Shown: in pieces, positions 1-11,063 of the stretch
Layout: each line of letters begins with the position of its first letter
Position numbering within the stretch: position 1 is the stretch's first letter
Origin: Octopus sinensis
Taxonomy: Eukaryota
DNA length: 64,000 nucleotides
Reading direction: 5' to 3'
NCBI RefSeq assembly: GCF_006345805.1
Contig: NC_042999.1
Span: 4,154,001-4,218,000, forward strand
The notes under the pieces: model-generated
Told to the model about the DNA's origin: nothing
What the model saw: the letters and a program-made list of their open reading frames with translations, nothing else
The model's database searches: none
Translations under genes and position numbers: made by a program

Positions 1-77
1 GTGTGAGAAACAGGAAAGATGAGACTAAGAATTTAAAATTATTTTAGAATTCTGTTCCTTGCAAATTTTAGTAAATA

Positions 78-469
78 CTAGCAGTATCACCCGGCGTTGC
101 TCGGGTTTGTAAGGGAAATAACAATATAAGCATTTTTAGAGATGTAAAGTATAATAGCCATCTCAATATGACTAACCACAAAGGTGGGGTGTTACTGTAG
201 CTTTTTACGTTCTGAGATTTAATAATACATTTTTAGAGAGTTACTTCCCTTATGTATGCCAAAAATGCATTAAAAATGGGGAGAATTGATGGTAAATTTT
301 TTTTAAATCGTAGACTCATCGTAGACATGCGCTAATACCCAGAAGGGCTCGATATGAATCACGACTATAAGATACCCACTTTTGGTTACACTGCACCGCA
401 AAATGTGGGAGTAGTTAGGAATCTTAATCGTAGGAGACAGACACACAACTTCACTTTTATATATAAAGA
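78..469 (-). mobile_element. Non-autonomous Helitron-type element, full length
   Basis: Minus strand reads a|TCTTTATATATAAAAG...GCAACGCCGGGTGATACTGCTAG|t: 5' TC, 3' CTAG preceded by a GC-rich subterminal motif, inserted between A and T, no TSD. Related copies at 6472, 7176, 23443 and 30155. Confidence 0.8.
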
Positions 470-722
470 TTAATTAACTTGGACTATGTACAAGGCAAAT
501 TTTTGTAGGAGAAAAAATTGTATTGAATTAATACATTAGTACCTGTTATTTAATTGAAATGAAGATAATATACAAAAAAACAAAGTCAATACTCTTGGGA
601 TTTGAACTCTGAATATAGAGAGATAAAACTAATGATTAATATGAAAATACATTTATTGTAGAATAAACTTTTGAAGAAAAATCTTTTCTAAAAGAGGGTG
701 GCATAAAGTTAAGAAGCTGCCA

Positions 723-844
723 ATGGATTTTAGTTCTGCATTATTACTAACTTTACTCTCAACGACATCATTTTGTTGTTTCAAACTATGTTTAAGTTTT
801 AAAACCTCTTCCACAATTATGATGAATGAAATTATCAAAATATG
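723..844 (+). CDS. CACNA2D: First coding exon of an alpha2/delta calcium channel subunit-like gene (signal peptide)
   Basis: ATG at 723 gives MDFSSALLLTLLSTTSFCCFKLCLSFKTSSTIMMNEIIKI(W): hydrophobic signal-like N-terminus ending in IKIW, like IKSW/VKLW of alpha2/delta proteins. Donor TG|gtaaag at 845 (phase 2), in-frame upstream TGA at 672, acceptor tttattgtag ending at 661. Paralogue not resolved. Confidence 0.7.
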
Positions 845-1348
845 GTAAAGTAGCTATTTCAGGTGAACAAACACAAACGTCTCAGTGCAATACATGCATA
901 CGTACGTACATACATACATACATATATACATACATACATACATACATACATACTTACATAAAATATATAAGAGAAACAAAGGGAGAATTTTTAATATAGA
1001 AATACATAAAGTAAGTCTGTATATGATGGAAAGACAGAGAATAATTCTTAATATATAAAAGCAGAAAGGTAATTTTCAATATGAAAAGATGCAGGGTAAT
1101 TTTCAATTTGACTGCAAGTCATAGTAATTTGATTGATGATGGAAAGCTTGCTTTTTTTGGCATGATGTCCATAAACTTATTGATTTAGAACCTTTATGGG
1201 AAAAAGTATACAAAGAAGCATTCATGAATCAATTTCCTTATAATCTCAAAGATAAATATATCCAATATATTTTAATCATTCCTAACCAAGAAAATGTAGT
1301 GTAGCAACATATTAAATTGATATATGTTTCTCACAATATGGTTAATGC

Positions 1349-1380
<32 letters not shown>

Positions 1381-2101
1381 CATGCATATACATTGAGTGT
1401 CATAGCTTTCTTGTGTATATATGTGTGTATGTATGTATGCATGTATGTCTCTGTATATGTGTGTGTATATGAAAGCATGTACTTACATTATATAAAATGA
1501 CTAATAAATGATGACTTACATATGTATCCATGCATACTAGTCAACATATACACATGTTATATACATATATGTATGTATTTATGCATGCAGCTATATATAT
1601 ATATGCATGCATATTTAAATCAAAACTACAAAGTTTGTAGACTGGGAAAAGAAATATAGACACACACACACACACACACACATACACACATGAAACATAA
1701 GTTGTGTGTCATTTAGATAAAACAAATGTTTTACAGCTGGTTTACCTTATATGTAATAGACATAAGTTACACTGTCTATTGCTATGTAAACTTTCATATT
1801 CTCAATTAACTAAAAGCCTGCTTAAATGAATATGGAAAAATGACTGTTCACAAAATCTACTTTGTGAGTCTTGGTTTTATCTGTGTTTTCAAAGTTAGGA
1901 CAGTGCAAATGACAAGTAGTATTTTCTATACACAAATAGGTGCTGTCTAGAATATACTTATATGATTTAAATGCACTAAATACTGTAATCTTCTACCAAA
2001 GTAACTTTATGTTGGGTCAGAGGGCTATGGTAAAACCAAACACATCTGATTCAAAGTTTAATTTTTATTTGTTTTCTTAGTAATATCTTCACATCTTTCA
2101 G

Positions 2102-2165
2102 GTATACCAACTTGAGAGAAGAATTCTATTCCAAAGTTCAATTTACAAGCTGGTTTCTATTAAAG
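2102..2165 (+). CDS. CACNA2D: Probable exon 2 of the alpha2/delta-like gene (donor unresolved)
   Basis: Strong acceptor cttcacatctttcag|G; the first G completes the TG|G Trp codon. Reads (W)YTNLREEFYSKVQFTSWFLLK, similar in pattern to WxxxxxxE...SxxLLQK of alpha2/delta. The nearest GT (2165) gives phase 2 rather than the phase 0 needed. Confidence 0.45.
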
Positions 2166-2255
2166 TATATGTGTGTGTGTATGCATTTTTCTGTCCAACC
2201 CATGCTAGCATGGAAAATGGACGTTAAACGATGATGATGATGATATATCATATAT

Positions 2256-2313
<58 letters not shown>

Positions 2314-2314
<1 letters not shown>

Positions 2315-2520
2315 AAGTTAATCCAAACAAGAAAACAAAAAGACAACAACGCAAGGATGTGGAACAAATAAAGTATTATTGACGCTTAGGAAAGAAGGAA
2401 AGAAGGAGAGTTTGACGTTTCGAGCGGAGCCCTTTGTCGGAAACATAGGAGAAAGAAAGATCCCAAGACGGGAGGACAGAGGAAAAAAAAATATTCGGTG
2501 GTATTCACGAGGTCACATAC
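2314..2520 (-). mobile_element. Penelope-like terminal-repeat fragment with decayed hammerhead motif
   Basis: Flanked by (TA)n. Minus strand 2444-2410 reads gttt-CCGACAA-a-gggc tcc gctc-GAAA-cg-TC-aaac: hammerhead layout with two core substitutions. Confidence 0.5.
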
Positions 2521-2523
2521 ATA

Positions 2524-2555
<32 letters not shown>

Positions 2556-2567
2556 TATATATATATA

Positions 2568-2607
<40 letters not shown>

Positions 2608-2893
2608 GTAATAATGAAGGGTGAAATTAATTAATTTGGAATAATTATCAATTACACCAAGTAGTCTTCGGCATGTAAAAGCCTCATTCGAGAAAATTTA
2701 AGTAATACTAAGCAATAAAGGGTTTAGCAACGAATTGCCTTACCACATACCGAATTTAGAAATAGCAGTCAAAGAGTTATAGCTATTTCTTCTACTAAAA
2801 AGGGAGATCTCAGTAAAAACAGCAATTGGAAGGCAGACACAAACAGGTAAGAGAGAATGAATTGACGGCAATCTATCATACAATTTTAAGTTA

Positions 2894-3007
2894 TCTACGG
2901 ACGTACGTTTCGAAATCAAGTTTTTAGGAAAGCATAAGAATTAAATATTAAATATTAAATATTAAATAATTCTATCTCACCAAAACTTCTTTTCTCTTCA
3001 GCGTAGA
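2894..3007 (-). ncRNA. Type I hammerhead ribozyme (mirror copy)
   Basis: Reverse complement of 3492-3605 within the inverted arm. Confidence 0.75.
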
Positions 3008-3491
3008 ATACTATAATCATAAATGATTATATATTGAATTTTGAGATACTAGAAGGCACCAACTCAACTCAGTATCAGAGCGAGCTAGAATCCGCAACTA
3101 GTATCACCAAATTCAATGTTTGAATGAAAAGATTGTGTCACCAGCCCCTTCTAGCAATTCGTTGCTAAACCCTTTATTGCTTAGTATTACTTAAATTTTC
3201 CTCGAATGAGGCTTTTACATGCCGAAGACTACTTGGTGTAATTGATAATTATTCCAAATTAATTAATTTCACCCTTCATTATTACGGATAACCATATTTT
3301 ATCTCAGTAGATGACCACAGCATCTTGTTTTGGCTACACGCGGGTGGGAAGGGGCTGGTGACACAATCTTTTCATTCAAACATTGAATTTGGTGATACTA
3401 GTTGCGGATTCTAGCTCGCTCTGATACTGAGTTGAGTTGGTGCCTTCTAGTATCTCAAAATTCAATATATAATCATTTATGATTATAGTAT

Positions 3492-3605
3492 TCTACGCTG
3501 AAGAGAAAAGAAGTTTTGGTGAGATAGAATTATTTAATATTTAATATTTAATATTTAATTCTTATGCTTTCCTAAAAACTTGATTTCGAAACGTACGTCC
3601 GTAGA
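3492..3605 (+). ncRNA. Type I hammerhead ribozyme, intact core
   Basis: Stem I TCTACG(3492-97)/CGTAGA(3600-05). Core CTGAAGA 3498-3504. Stem II closed by GAAA(3505-08)/TTTC(3584-87), continuing AAGTTTT/AAAACTT and AGAATTA/TAATTCT. GAAA at 3588-91. Stem III ACG-TA-CGT. Predicted cleavage after GTC at 3599. Confidence 0.8.
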
Positions 3606-3818
3606 TAACTTAAAATTGTATGATAGATTGCCGTCAATTCATTCTCTCTTACCTGTTTGTGTCTGCCTTCCAATTGCTGTTTTTACTGAGATCTCCCTTT
3701 TTAGTAGAAGAAATAGCTATAACTCTTTGACTGCTATTTCTAAATTCGGTATGTGGTAAGGCAATTCGTTGCTAAACCCTTTATTGCTTAGTATTACTTA
3801 TATATATATATATATATA

Positions 3819-3906
3819 ATGGCACCTTGGGCAAATGTTTTCTAATATAGCCTCAGGCTACCCAAAGCCTTGTGAGTGGATTTGGTTGATAGAAACTGAA
3901 AGAAGC

Positions 3907-3950
<44 letters not shown>

Positions 3951-4135
3951 CATTTGTGTGTTTGTTCCCCCCCCCCACTATCATTTAACAACCGATGTTG
4001 GTGTGTTTATGTTCCTGTAATTTAACAGTTTGGCAAAGAGATCAATAGAATAAGTACTAGGCTTACAAAGAATAAGTCCTGGGGTCAATTCGATCGACTA
4101 AAACTCTTCAAATGACTGAAACAAGTAAAAGAATA
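3819..4135 (+). mobile_element. 5'-truncated SINE (family A)
   Basis: ccttgggcaa... body, internal (TA)n and gactgaaacaagtaaaag tail, shared with 31818-32218. Confidence 0.75.
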
Positions 4136-5302
4136 TATATTATTTTTCCATTGTGTAAAAGAATCAAAATACCACAAATGTCAAGGAAGAAAGTCATTCA
4201 CATTCATTATGTTCAGAATCTTAAATGTTAAATTTTAGATTTAAATTTTAACTCACAAGAAGAAAATGGATGTTTCCTGATGTAATTGATTTGTTCATCA
4301 AAAGAAAAAAAAACAGCTGTAGTGAACTTCAGTCCACTTGTGTACTCTGTTGATTGACACATTCTTTATGAGCAAAATCTTAAAGAGTATCCGACTATAG
4401 AAAACTCTGCCCAAACATACTTTTATTTGACCCATGCAAGCATGGATGGTAATTATCGCTGGATTAATCATTAAATAAAATAATTATGTGCTTAGGGCAA
4501 CAAGGGAAGTGGGGCACTACAGAAACAGTAATTGGTTTATGGGACAAAAGAAATCATTTTAAACTTATTGAAATAATATTCAGGATGTCTTATCTCTACT
4601 AACTATAGAAGTAGATGTATTACATAAGATTAATTTTGAGGATCTGATTAAAGATTTTACATTAAAAAAGCAGAAATCTTTACAAATATAAATAAAATGG
4701 AGGTATACAGAAATAACCATTATTTTCCATCTTATTGTTAGTTTTGTTTCATTTTGAAAAATAAAAATTTATTTCATGGTTTATTGTTTATATTTTTAAT
4801 TACATATATATGGAAGTACCAAAATCTTTTAAGTGCTTAGGATCTCTATGGGTCTTAAACCAACCAAATATTTTAAAGTGAAGTGTTGATGAGTAAGTTT
4901 TCAGAAATGGAAGGATAACTCAACAATATCAAATTAAGCAAACCTACAATTACTTTTATCACTAATGTTGTTGAATCAACTAGCTATAACAATATTCATT
5001 ATTCCATTGTCAGAGGTTGGTGATTTTCCTGACTGTGACAGTTATATTATTGAAAATGTGTTACTAATTAATCTGATTTCACTCTTGGCTGGGTTAATTA
5101 ATCTTCATTTTGGTTTGGAATTAAAGTTCCCTTTATGATCTTTTAATGTGATATATGCTAATGCATGGCTAAATATTCTATACTTTAATCTAGTTTTAAG
5201 TTCATTACTATATCTTTGACTACATTATTAATATTGTTGTATGTGTGCAAACTGGCTTTTCTCTATATTTCAGTGGTATTGTTATATAAGAGATCGGTGC
5301 AT

Positions 5303-5477
5303 CAAATTCCAACATCAAAAATATTATGACATCAAGTAAAACTAAAAATCAATATAAAGAAGATAGTGGTCATCATCATCAAATGTTGATTAATTTGATG
5401 ATAATGATGACCATTATCTTGTTTATATTGATTTTTAGTTTTACTTGATGTCATAATATTTTTGATGTTGGAATTTG
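5303..5477. repeat. Near-perfect foldback hairpin, ~82-85-bp arms, 8-nt loop
   Basis: 5303-5384 vs 5393-5477 reverse complement with two substitutions and one 3-bp indel; loop gttgatta. Confidence 0.9.
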
Positions 5478-5873
5478 GTTTCTGTTAGACAATAATAGAG
5501 GCAAATTTACATCTTCTTATACTAAAACTACTAAATGCTGGTGAGTCACTTTCGTTGGTATAGTAAAAATATATTTTCCAACTCATTCACCTGATAACAC
5601 CAAATTATCCAGATGAACACAATCATTGGTACACCATCATCAATATATCTCCCTCTCATCCCACAATAAATCCTCCAAATAATCCTGCCAATATACTCCA
5701 TAGAAAAATAAGCAGTTCACCTCATCATGTCAATTTGTCCTATACAAATAATAGAAGTCTAGAAACCCCCTCACAAACATTCAACCATCAACATAATCAT
5801 ATAACCACTACCTGAAAACTTAAATAAACTTATAAAGGATATTTTTGATTATATATTTTTAATGTTTCTAATA

Positions 5874-6262
5874 TAGGTGCAGGCATGGCTGTGTGGTAGG
5901 AATTTTGCTTTCCAACCACATGGTTCCAGGTTTATCCCACTGCATGGCATCTTGGATAAGTGTCCTCTACTATAACTTCCGGCCAACTAAAACCTTGAGA
6001 GGGGATTTGATAAACAGAAACTGAAAGAAGGCTGTTGTGTGTATGTGCATGTGTTTGTCCTTCCCCCACCACTTGACAACTGATGTTGATATGTTTACAT
6101 CTTTGTAACTTAGTGGTTCATCAAAAGAGGCCAAATAGAATAAGTATCAGGCTTAAAAATAAAAACATAAGTACTGGAGTCAATTCATTGAACTAAAGAC
6201 TCTTCAAGGCAGTGCCCCAGCATGGCCACAGTCAAGTGACTGAAACAAGTAAAAGGTAAAAG
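5874..6262 (+). mobile_element. SINE (family A), diverged full-length copy
   Basis: tRNA-like head (tggctgtgtgg ... ggtttatccc) with the same body and tail as 31818-32218. Confidence 0.75.
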
Positions 6263-6471
6263 GAAACTTACTTCATATGATAATTATTTGTTGATATTGA
6301 GCCGTTTCTGAATGAGTTTTATAAATTATGTTATGCCATTAGTCAAAAACTATTGATCTTGACCACTGAGAATCTTCTGTTATATATGAGAAATATATCA
6401 TTATAAATTGTCAGTGATTTCGTATGCAAAATTATAACTCACTGTGCTGTATATAGTGATTATATTCATTA

Positions 6472-6549
6472 CTAGCAGTATCGCCCGGCGTTGCTCGGGT
6501 TTGTAAGGGAAATAACTATATAAGCATTTTTAGAGATGTAAAGTATAAT
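6472..6549 (-). mobile_element. Duplicated 3' terminal 78 bp of a Helitron-type element
   Basis: Matches 7176-7253 with one difference; ends CTAG|t on the minus strand. Confidence 0.8.
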
Positions 6550-7114
6550 AAAATTGTGTGTTTATAATGCGTTAGACAGTAAGTTATAAACACAGCTAAG
6601 AATACAACATATTTATATCTGACTAGGAAATTAATCCATATTCATAAGCATTCTGTATTACAGAACACATGCATACACACACACACACACAACCATCACT
6701 ACCGCTATCATCATCATGTGTGTGCGTGTATGTCAGCATGTGCATGCATGTGTGCATATCTATGTGTGTTTGTCTTTGTGTTTTTCTCTCCCAGCACCAA
6801 ACTTAGCAGTCTGGGTAACAGTGACCAATAGAATAATACCACAGCTAAGTCCAAGGGTTGATTTGAACGTAAACACTTCAAGGCAGTGCCCCAGCATGAT
6901 AGTAGTCAAATGATTTTGAAACAAGAACACACACACACACACACACACAGACACACACACAGACACACACACACACTCTTTCTCTCTCTTTTGCTTGGGT
7001 TCCTGCCTTCAAATTGACCCCAGTACTAATTTTAAATCTGGCACTTATTTTATCACTCTCCTTTGCCAAACTGCTAAGTTTGGCAATGTCTCTTTCTCTC
7101 CCTCTGCTTTACTC

Positions 7115-7174
<60 letters not shown>
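6550..7174 (-). repeat. Inverted duplicate of 10082-10668
   Basis: Colinear reverse complement, including unique sequence, SINE fragments and microsatellites. Only scattered substitutions and repeat-length changes. Confidence 0.9.
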
Positions 7175-7175
<1 letters not shown>

Positions 7176-7554
7176 CTAGCAGTATCGCCCGGCGTTGCTT
7201 GGGTTTGTAAGGGAAATAACTATATAAGCATTTTTAGAGATGTAAAGTATAATAGCCATCTCAATATGGCTAACCACAAGGGGTGTGTTACTGTAGCTTT
7301 TTACGTTCTGAGATTTAATAATAAATTTTTAGAGAGTTACTTCCCTTATATATGCCAAAAATGCATTAAAAATGGGAAAAAATTGATGGTAATTTTTTTT
7401 TTAATCGTAGACTCATTGTAGACGCGCGCTAATACCCAGAAGGGCTCGATATGAATCACAACTATAAGATACCCGGTTTTGGTTAAACTGCACTGCAAAA
7501 TGTGGGAGTAGTTAGGAATCTAAATCGTAGGAGACAGACAGCACACAACCTCAC
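7176..7554 (-). mobile_element. Helitron-type element lacking ~16 bp of its 5' end
   Basis: Colinear with 78-469; 3' CTAG intact; the 5' TCTTTATATATAAAA is missing. Confidence 0.8.
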
Positions 7555-8189
7555 AAATCAATGCCCTGGGTTCTATAGCTTTTATTTATTTATAGCAAGC
7601 CACAATATATATATATAGATCAGAATTGGGTGTGAGGCCCCTGGACAACTGTCCAATGTACCCATGGCTTAAGACAGTACCAAATACAAACAGTACTCAT
7701 TGCTCATTTAATTTCTCATAAGTAGCTGTAAGCTACTACTCTCTCTCCTTCCTTCTCTCTCTCCCTCCTTCTCTCTCTCCCTCCTTCTCTCTCTCTTTCT
7801 CTCTCTCACACACACACTCTCTCTCTCTGATCTAGTAAGCACTTCTGATAAGTAGGTAAAGACAAGCAAAACTAAACAAGTTGTGTAACCAAACAGCAAG
7901 GTTTTGAATGCATGGGCATATGAAAATTATATTCAATCTATTTAATAAGCAAATGTTTAATCATTGTGTGAAAGTATAAACTGTGGGTAAAACCCAGGAA
8001 CTTTTACAGCTGAAGGAAAGGTTCATTTCAACTAATTTCATCTTCCTTATGACATATCAGGGAAGTTAAGGTGAATACAACTGCTTAAGAACAACCCAAA
8101 CAATTATTAAGTTTAAAAAATCTTACACAATTCTAAATAGTTGAATGACAGGGACGTAATAAAAGATGTACCAACAGGGATGTAATAAA

Positions 8190-9043
8190 AGCTGTCCTTG
8201 TACAAGGGCCATCTGGACTCCCGTTTGCACCGTGAACAGGGATTAATCTTCTCTCTTCACTCCTTTGTGCCACATGGGCTCAACTCTCCTCCCCTCTTCA
8301 TCTAAAATCCTTCCCTAGCCTCTCTCCCCCTCACACCTACATCCTCCCACCCACCTCTCCTCTCTTGCTCCGACTCCTACTTCTCTTCACTCCTATCCAC
8401 CTTCTCCTTTCCACCCACTTCATCATCACCCCTTCCTGGTAAGCCCACTCCACCCCTACACATTATACCCCCACCCCATCCCTTACACCCACTCTCACAT
8501 ACCCTACCTCTACCCCCACCCTCAGCCTAACCTATACCCCACCCTTACTTTCCCCACTCTCGCCTTCCCCACCTCCCAACACCATCACACCACACCACAC
8601 ACCACTACACCCTACACTGCCATACCACACAACACATTACCACACACACATTAGTACTGACCACTTCCCAGACCCTCATTTTCACACCCACACATACACA
8701 CACGCACACGTCAAGATCACCAGCCCTCTTCCACACGCACATACAAATTCTCTTATACACATGCACATACACCTTCGTTTTGGGATCACCACTACTTTAT
8801 TATCTCCCCTTCTCTCTAGCTCTCCTGTGTGACCCTTCTGTCTGGCATTCACCATGATAGATCGCTAGCCACTACACATTCTTTATTTTCTCTCCTTCTT
8901 TCTTTCTGTGCTCCTTTCTGTGGAAGAGCATAGGTTCAAAACGTTAAAGACTTTTACTTTTCCTGAGTGTTTACTAATACATCTGTTTGTTTTCTACACC
9001 ACCTGTCTTCATGTTTTGTTTTTTTTTTGTGAATTCTCCCCCA

Positions 9044-9046
<3 letters not shown>
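8190..9046 (+). mobile_element. Penelope-like element 3' remnant (GIY-YIG C-terminus, C-rich tail, decayed hammerhead)
   Basis: 8192-8287 translates LSLYKGHLDSRLHREQGLIFSLHSFVPHGLNS (RE..I..L....P.GLN motif). 8914-8949 reads cttt-CTGTGGA-a-gagc atag gttc-AAAA-cg-TT-aaag. Confidence 0.65.
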
Positions 9047-9047
<1 letters not shown>

Positions 9048-9094
<47 letters not shown>

Positions 9095-9097
9095 ATA

Positions 9098-9136
<39 letters not shown>

Positions 9137-9147
9137 TATATATATGT

Positions 9148-9181
<34 letters not shown>

Positions 9182-9238
9182 GTGTATATGCATATATGTA
9201 CATATATGTATATATATGTATATATATATATATATATG

Positions 9239-9283
<45 letters not shown>

Positions 9284-9320
9284 GTGTATATGTATATATG
9301 TACATATATGTATATATATG

Positions 9321-9351
<31 letters not shown>

Positions 9352-9352
9352 G
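9048..9352. repeat. Compound (TA)n/(TATG)n microsatellite
   Basis: About 300 bp of TA/TATG/TG repeats; source of several overlapping pseudo-ORFs. Confidence 0.95.
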
Positions 9353-10081
9353 TAAAACTGCATGCACCTCAGTCATGTTAATTTGCTTGCAGGGATTTTC
9401 TTTATTTTTTGGTTACTTTGAATGGTGTATGTGTATTTACTCATACACATTGAGACATATACTTTGTTTGTGCCAGTATCTGTGGGTACATAATGTTTTC
9501 CTTTAATTGTTTCAATTTCTTCTAAATTAAATTGAAAATCTAATTCCAAATCTATGTTGTATGCAATCAGTACATTTGTAATCTGCAGGCATATTTTTTC
9601 CAGAAATAACTATATTGTTGTATATTGTCTCTCTCTCTCCTTCCGCCCACATCTCACTCTCTCATTAAATTTTAATTTCTGTTGTTTTTCATTACTTCAC
9701 CCAATGAAAATTAAGATTGATCTGCTCAGAGAAAAATCTTTTAAATAGAATTGATGAGGAGAGGTAGGTCCTTCAGGTATAAAATAAATTCAAGAATGAG
9801 AAAAGGAAAAAAGAGAAAAAAAATATCCAGTGAAAAGGAAAATAATATATTATAGGGAAATTTATTTCATTGACTGGAGGAAGTTCATTTAAATTTGCAG
9901 TTTAACATGACCAAAAAATGATTATTTCTTAAAATAACTTTCCCTTTGCCAGGAATCTGTTGAAATGGCAGAGAAACAAATGAAGCAAACAAAAAGATTT
10001 TAAAAAATAGATAAACTTCAATTATTTCTCTCTCTGTCTCTGTCTCTCTCTCATAGATTACACACACACACACACACACAC

Positions 10082-10083
10082 AT

Positions 10084-10117
<34 letters not shown>

Positions 10118-10256
10118 GAGTAAAGGAGAGGGAGAGAAAGAGACATTGCCAAACTTAGCAGTTTGGCAAAGGAGAGTGATAAAATAAGTGCCAGATTTAA
10201 AATTAGTACTGGGGTCAATTTGAAGGTAGGAACCCAAGCAAAAGACAGAGAGAGAG

Positions 10257-10287
<31 letters not shown>

Positions 10288-10668
10288 TCTTGTTTCAAAA
10301 TCATTTGACTACCATCATGCTGGGGCACTGCCTTGAAGTGTTTACGTTCAAATCAACCCTTGAACTTAGCTGTGGTATTATTCTATTGGTCACTGTCACC
10401 CAGACTGCTAAGTTTGGTGCTGGGAGAGAAAAACACAAAGACAAACACACATAGATATGCACACATGCATGCACATGCTGACATACACGCACACACATGA
10501 AGATGATAGCGGTAGTGATGGTAGTGTGTGTGTGTGTGTGTGTGTGCATGTGTTCTGTAATACTGAATGCTTATGAATATGGATTAATTTCCTAGTCAGA
10601 TATAAATATGTTGTATTCTTAGCTGTGTTTATAACTTACTGTCTAACGCATTATAAACACACAATTTT
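10082..10668 (+). repeat. Source copy of the inverted duplication at 6550-7174
   Basis: Colinear reverse complement of 6550-7174; no Helitron ends at this copy. Confidence 0.9.
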
Positions 10669-10965
10669 CACTACACAATGATTAGGTATGTGTATCTAGT
10701 AGATATAGGACTAATATGTTCTTAGAATATTTTGAAAATATTCAAATAGCAGAAACAGCAAAATGTCAGACTAAAGTTCTATGCATTATTGAGTTAATCC
10801 TTTTGGGTTTTGTGCTGAGATTTTGACAGAATTACATACAAAGTTTGTACTGGAGTTGCTTTTAGTCTTCTCTGGCTCATCTACCACTAGCTCATTGCTT
10901 TGTTTCAATGTTTCAATGTTTCAAGTCAATGCAAAGTTATGTATCAACGCTTTATATGCATTCTG

Positions 10966-11011
<46 letters not shown>

Positions 11012-11063
11012 GAGTGAGAGAGCATTACATGCCATCAAAGCGACAAAATATATGAAGCCCAGT

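Larger units (their letters stand above)
2607..3800. mobile_element. Young foldback of a ~607-bp non-coding hammerhead-bearing unit (retrozyme / Penelope pLTR-like)
   Basis: 2699-3151 is the reverse complement of 3348-3800, with no mismatch seen by eye. 2607-2738 is inverted at 3154-3286 (1-bp indel). On + the unit starts at 3154 and restarts at 3761. (TA)n on both flanks. Confidence 0.8.

Noticed and set aside
653-838. Minus-strand 61-aa ORF
   Set aside because: It is the antisense shadow of the signal-peptide exon at 723-844, which has the splice and homology support.
3190-3235. Second hammerhead-like motif (ctcgaatga-ggc ttttacat gcc-gaagac) in the foldback unit
   Set aside because: The core needs two insertions, GAAA is broken, and there is no stem I/III pairing.
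5489-5540. Exon-like segment with ag...CTG|gtgagt
   Set aside because: The phase-2 entry frame hits TAA at once; the other frames do not fit the flanking exons or resemble alpha2/delta.
8908-9506. Overlapping YI/IY/MC-rich ORFs of 65-157 aa
   Set aside because: Translations of (TA)n/(TATG)n, which lack stop codons. The same applies at 22301-23169, 27945-28299, 52199-52441, 55117-55334 and 62599-62942.
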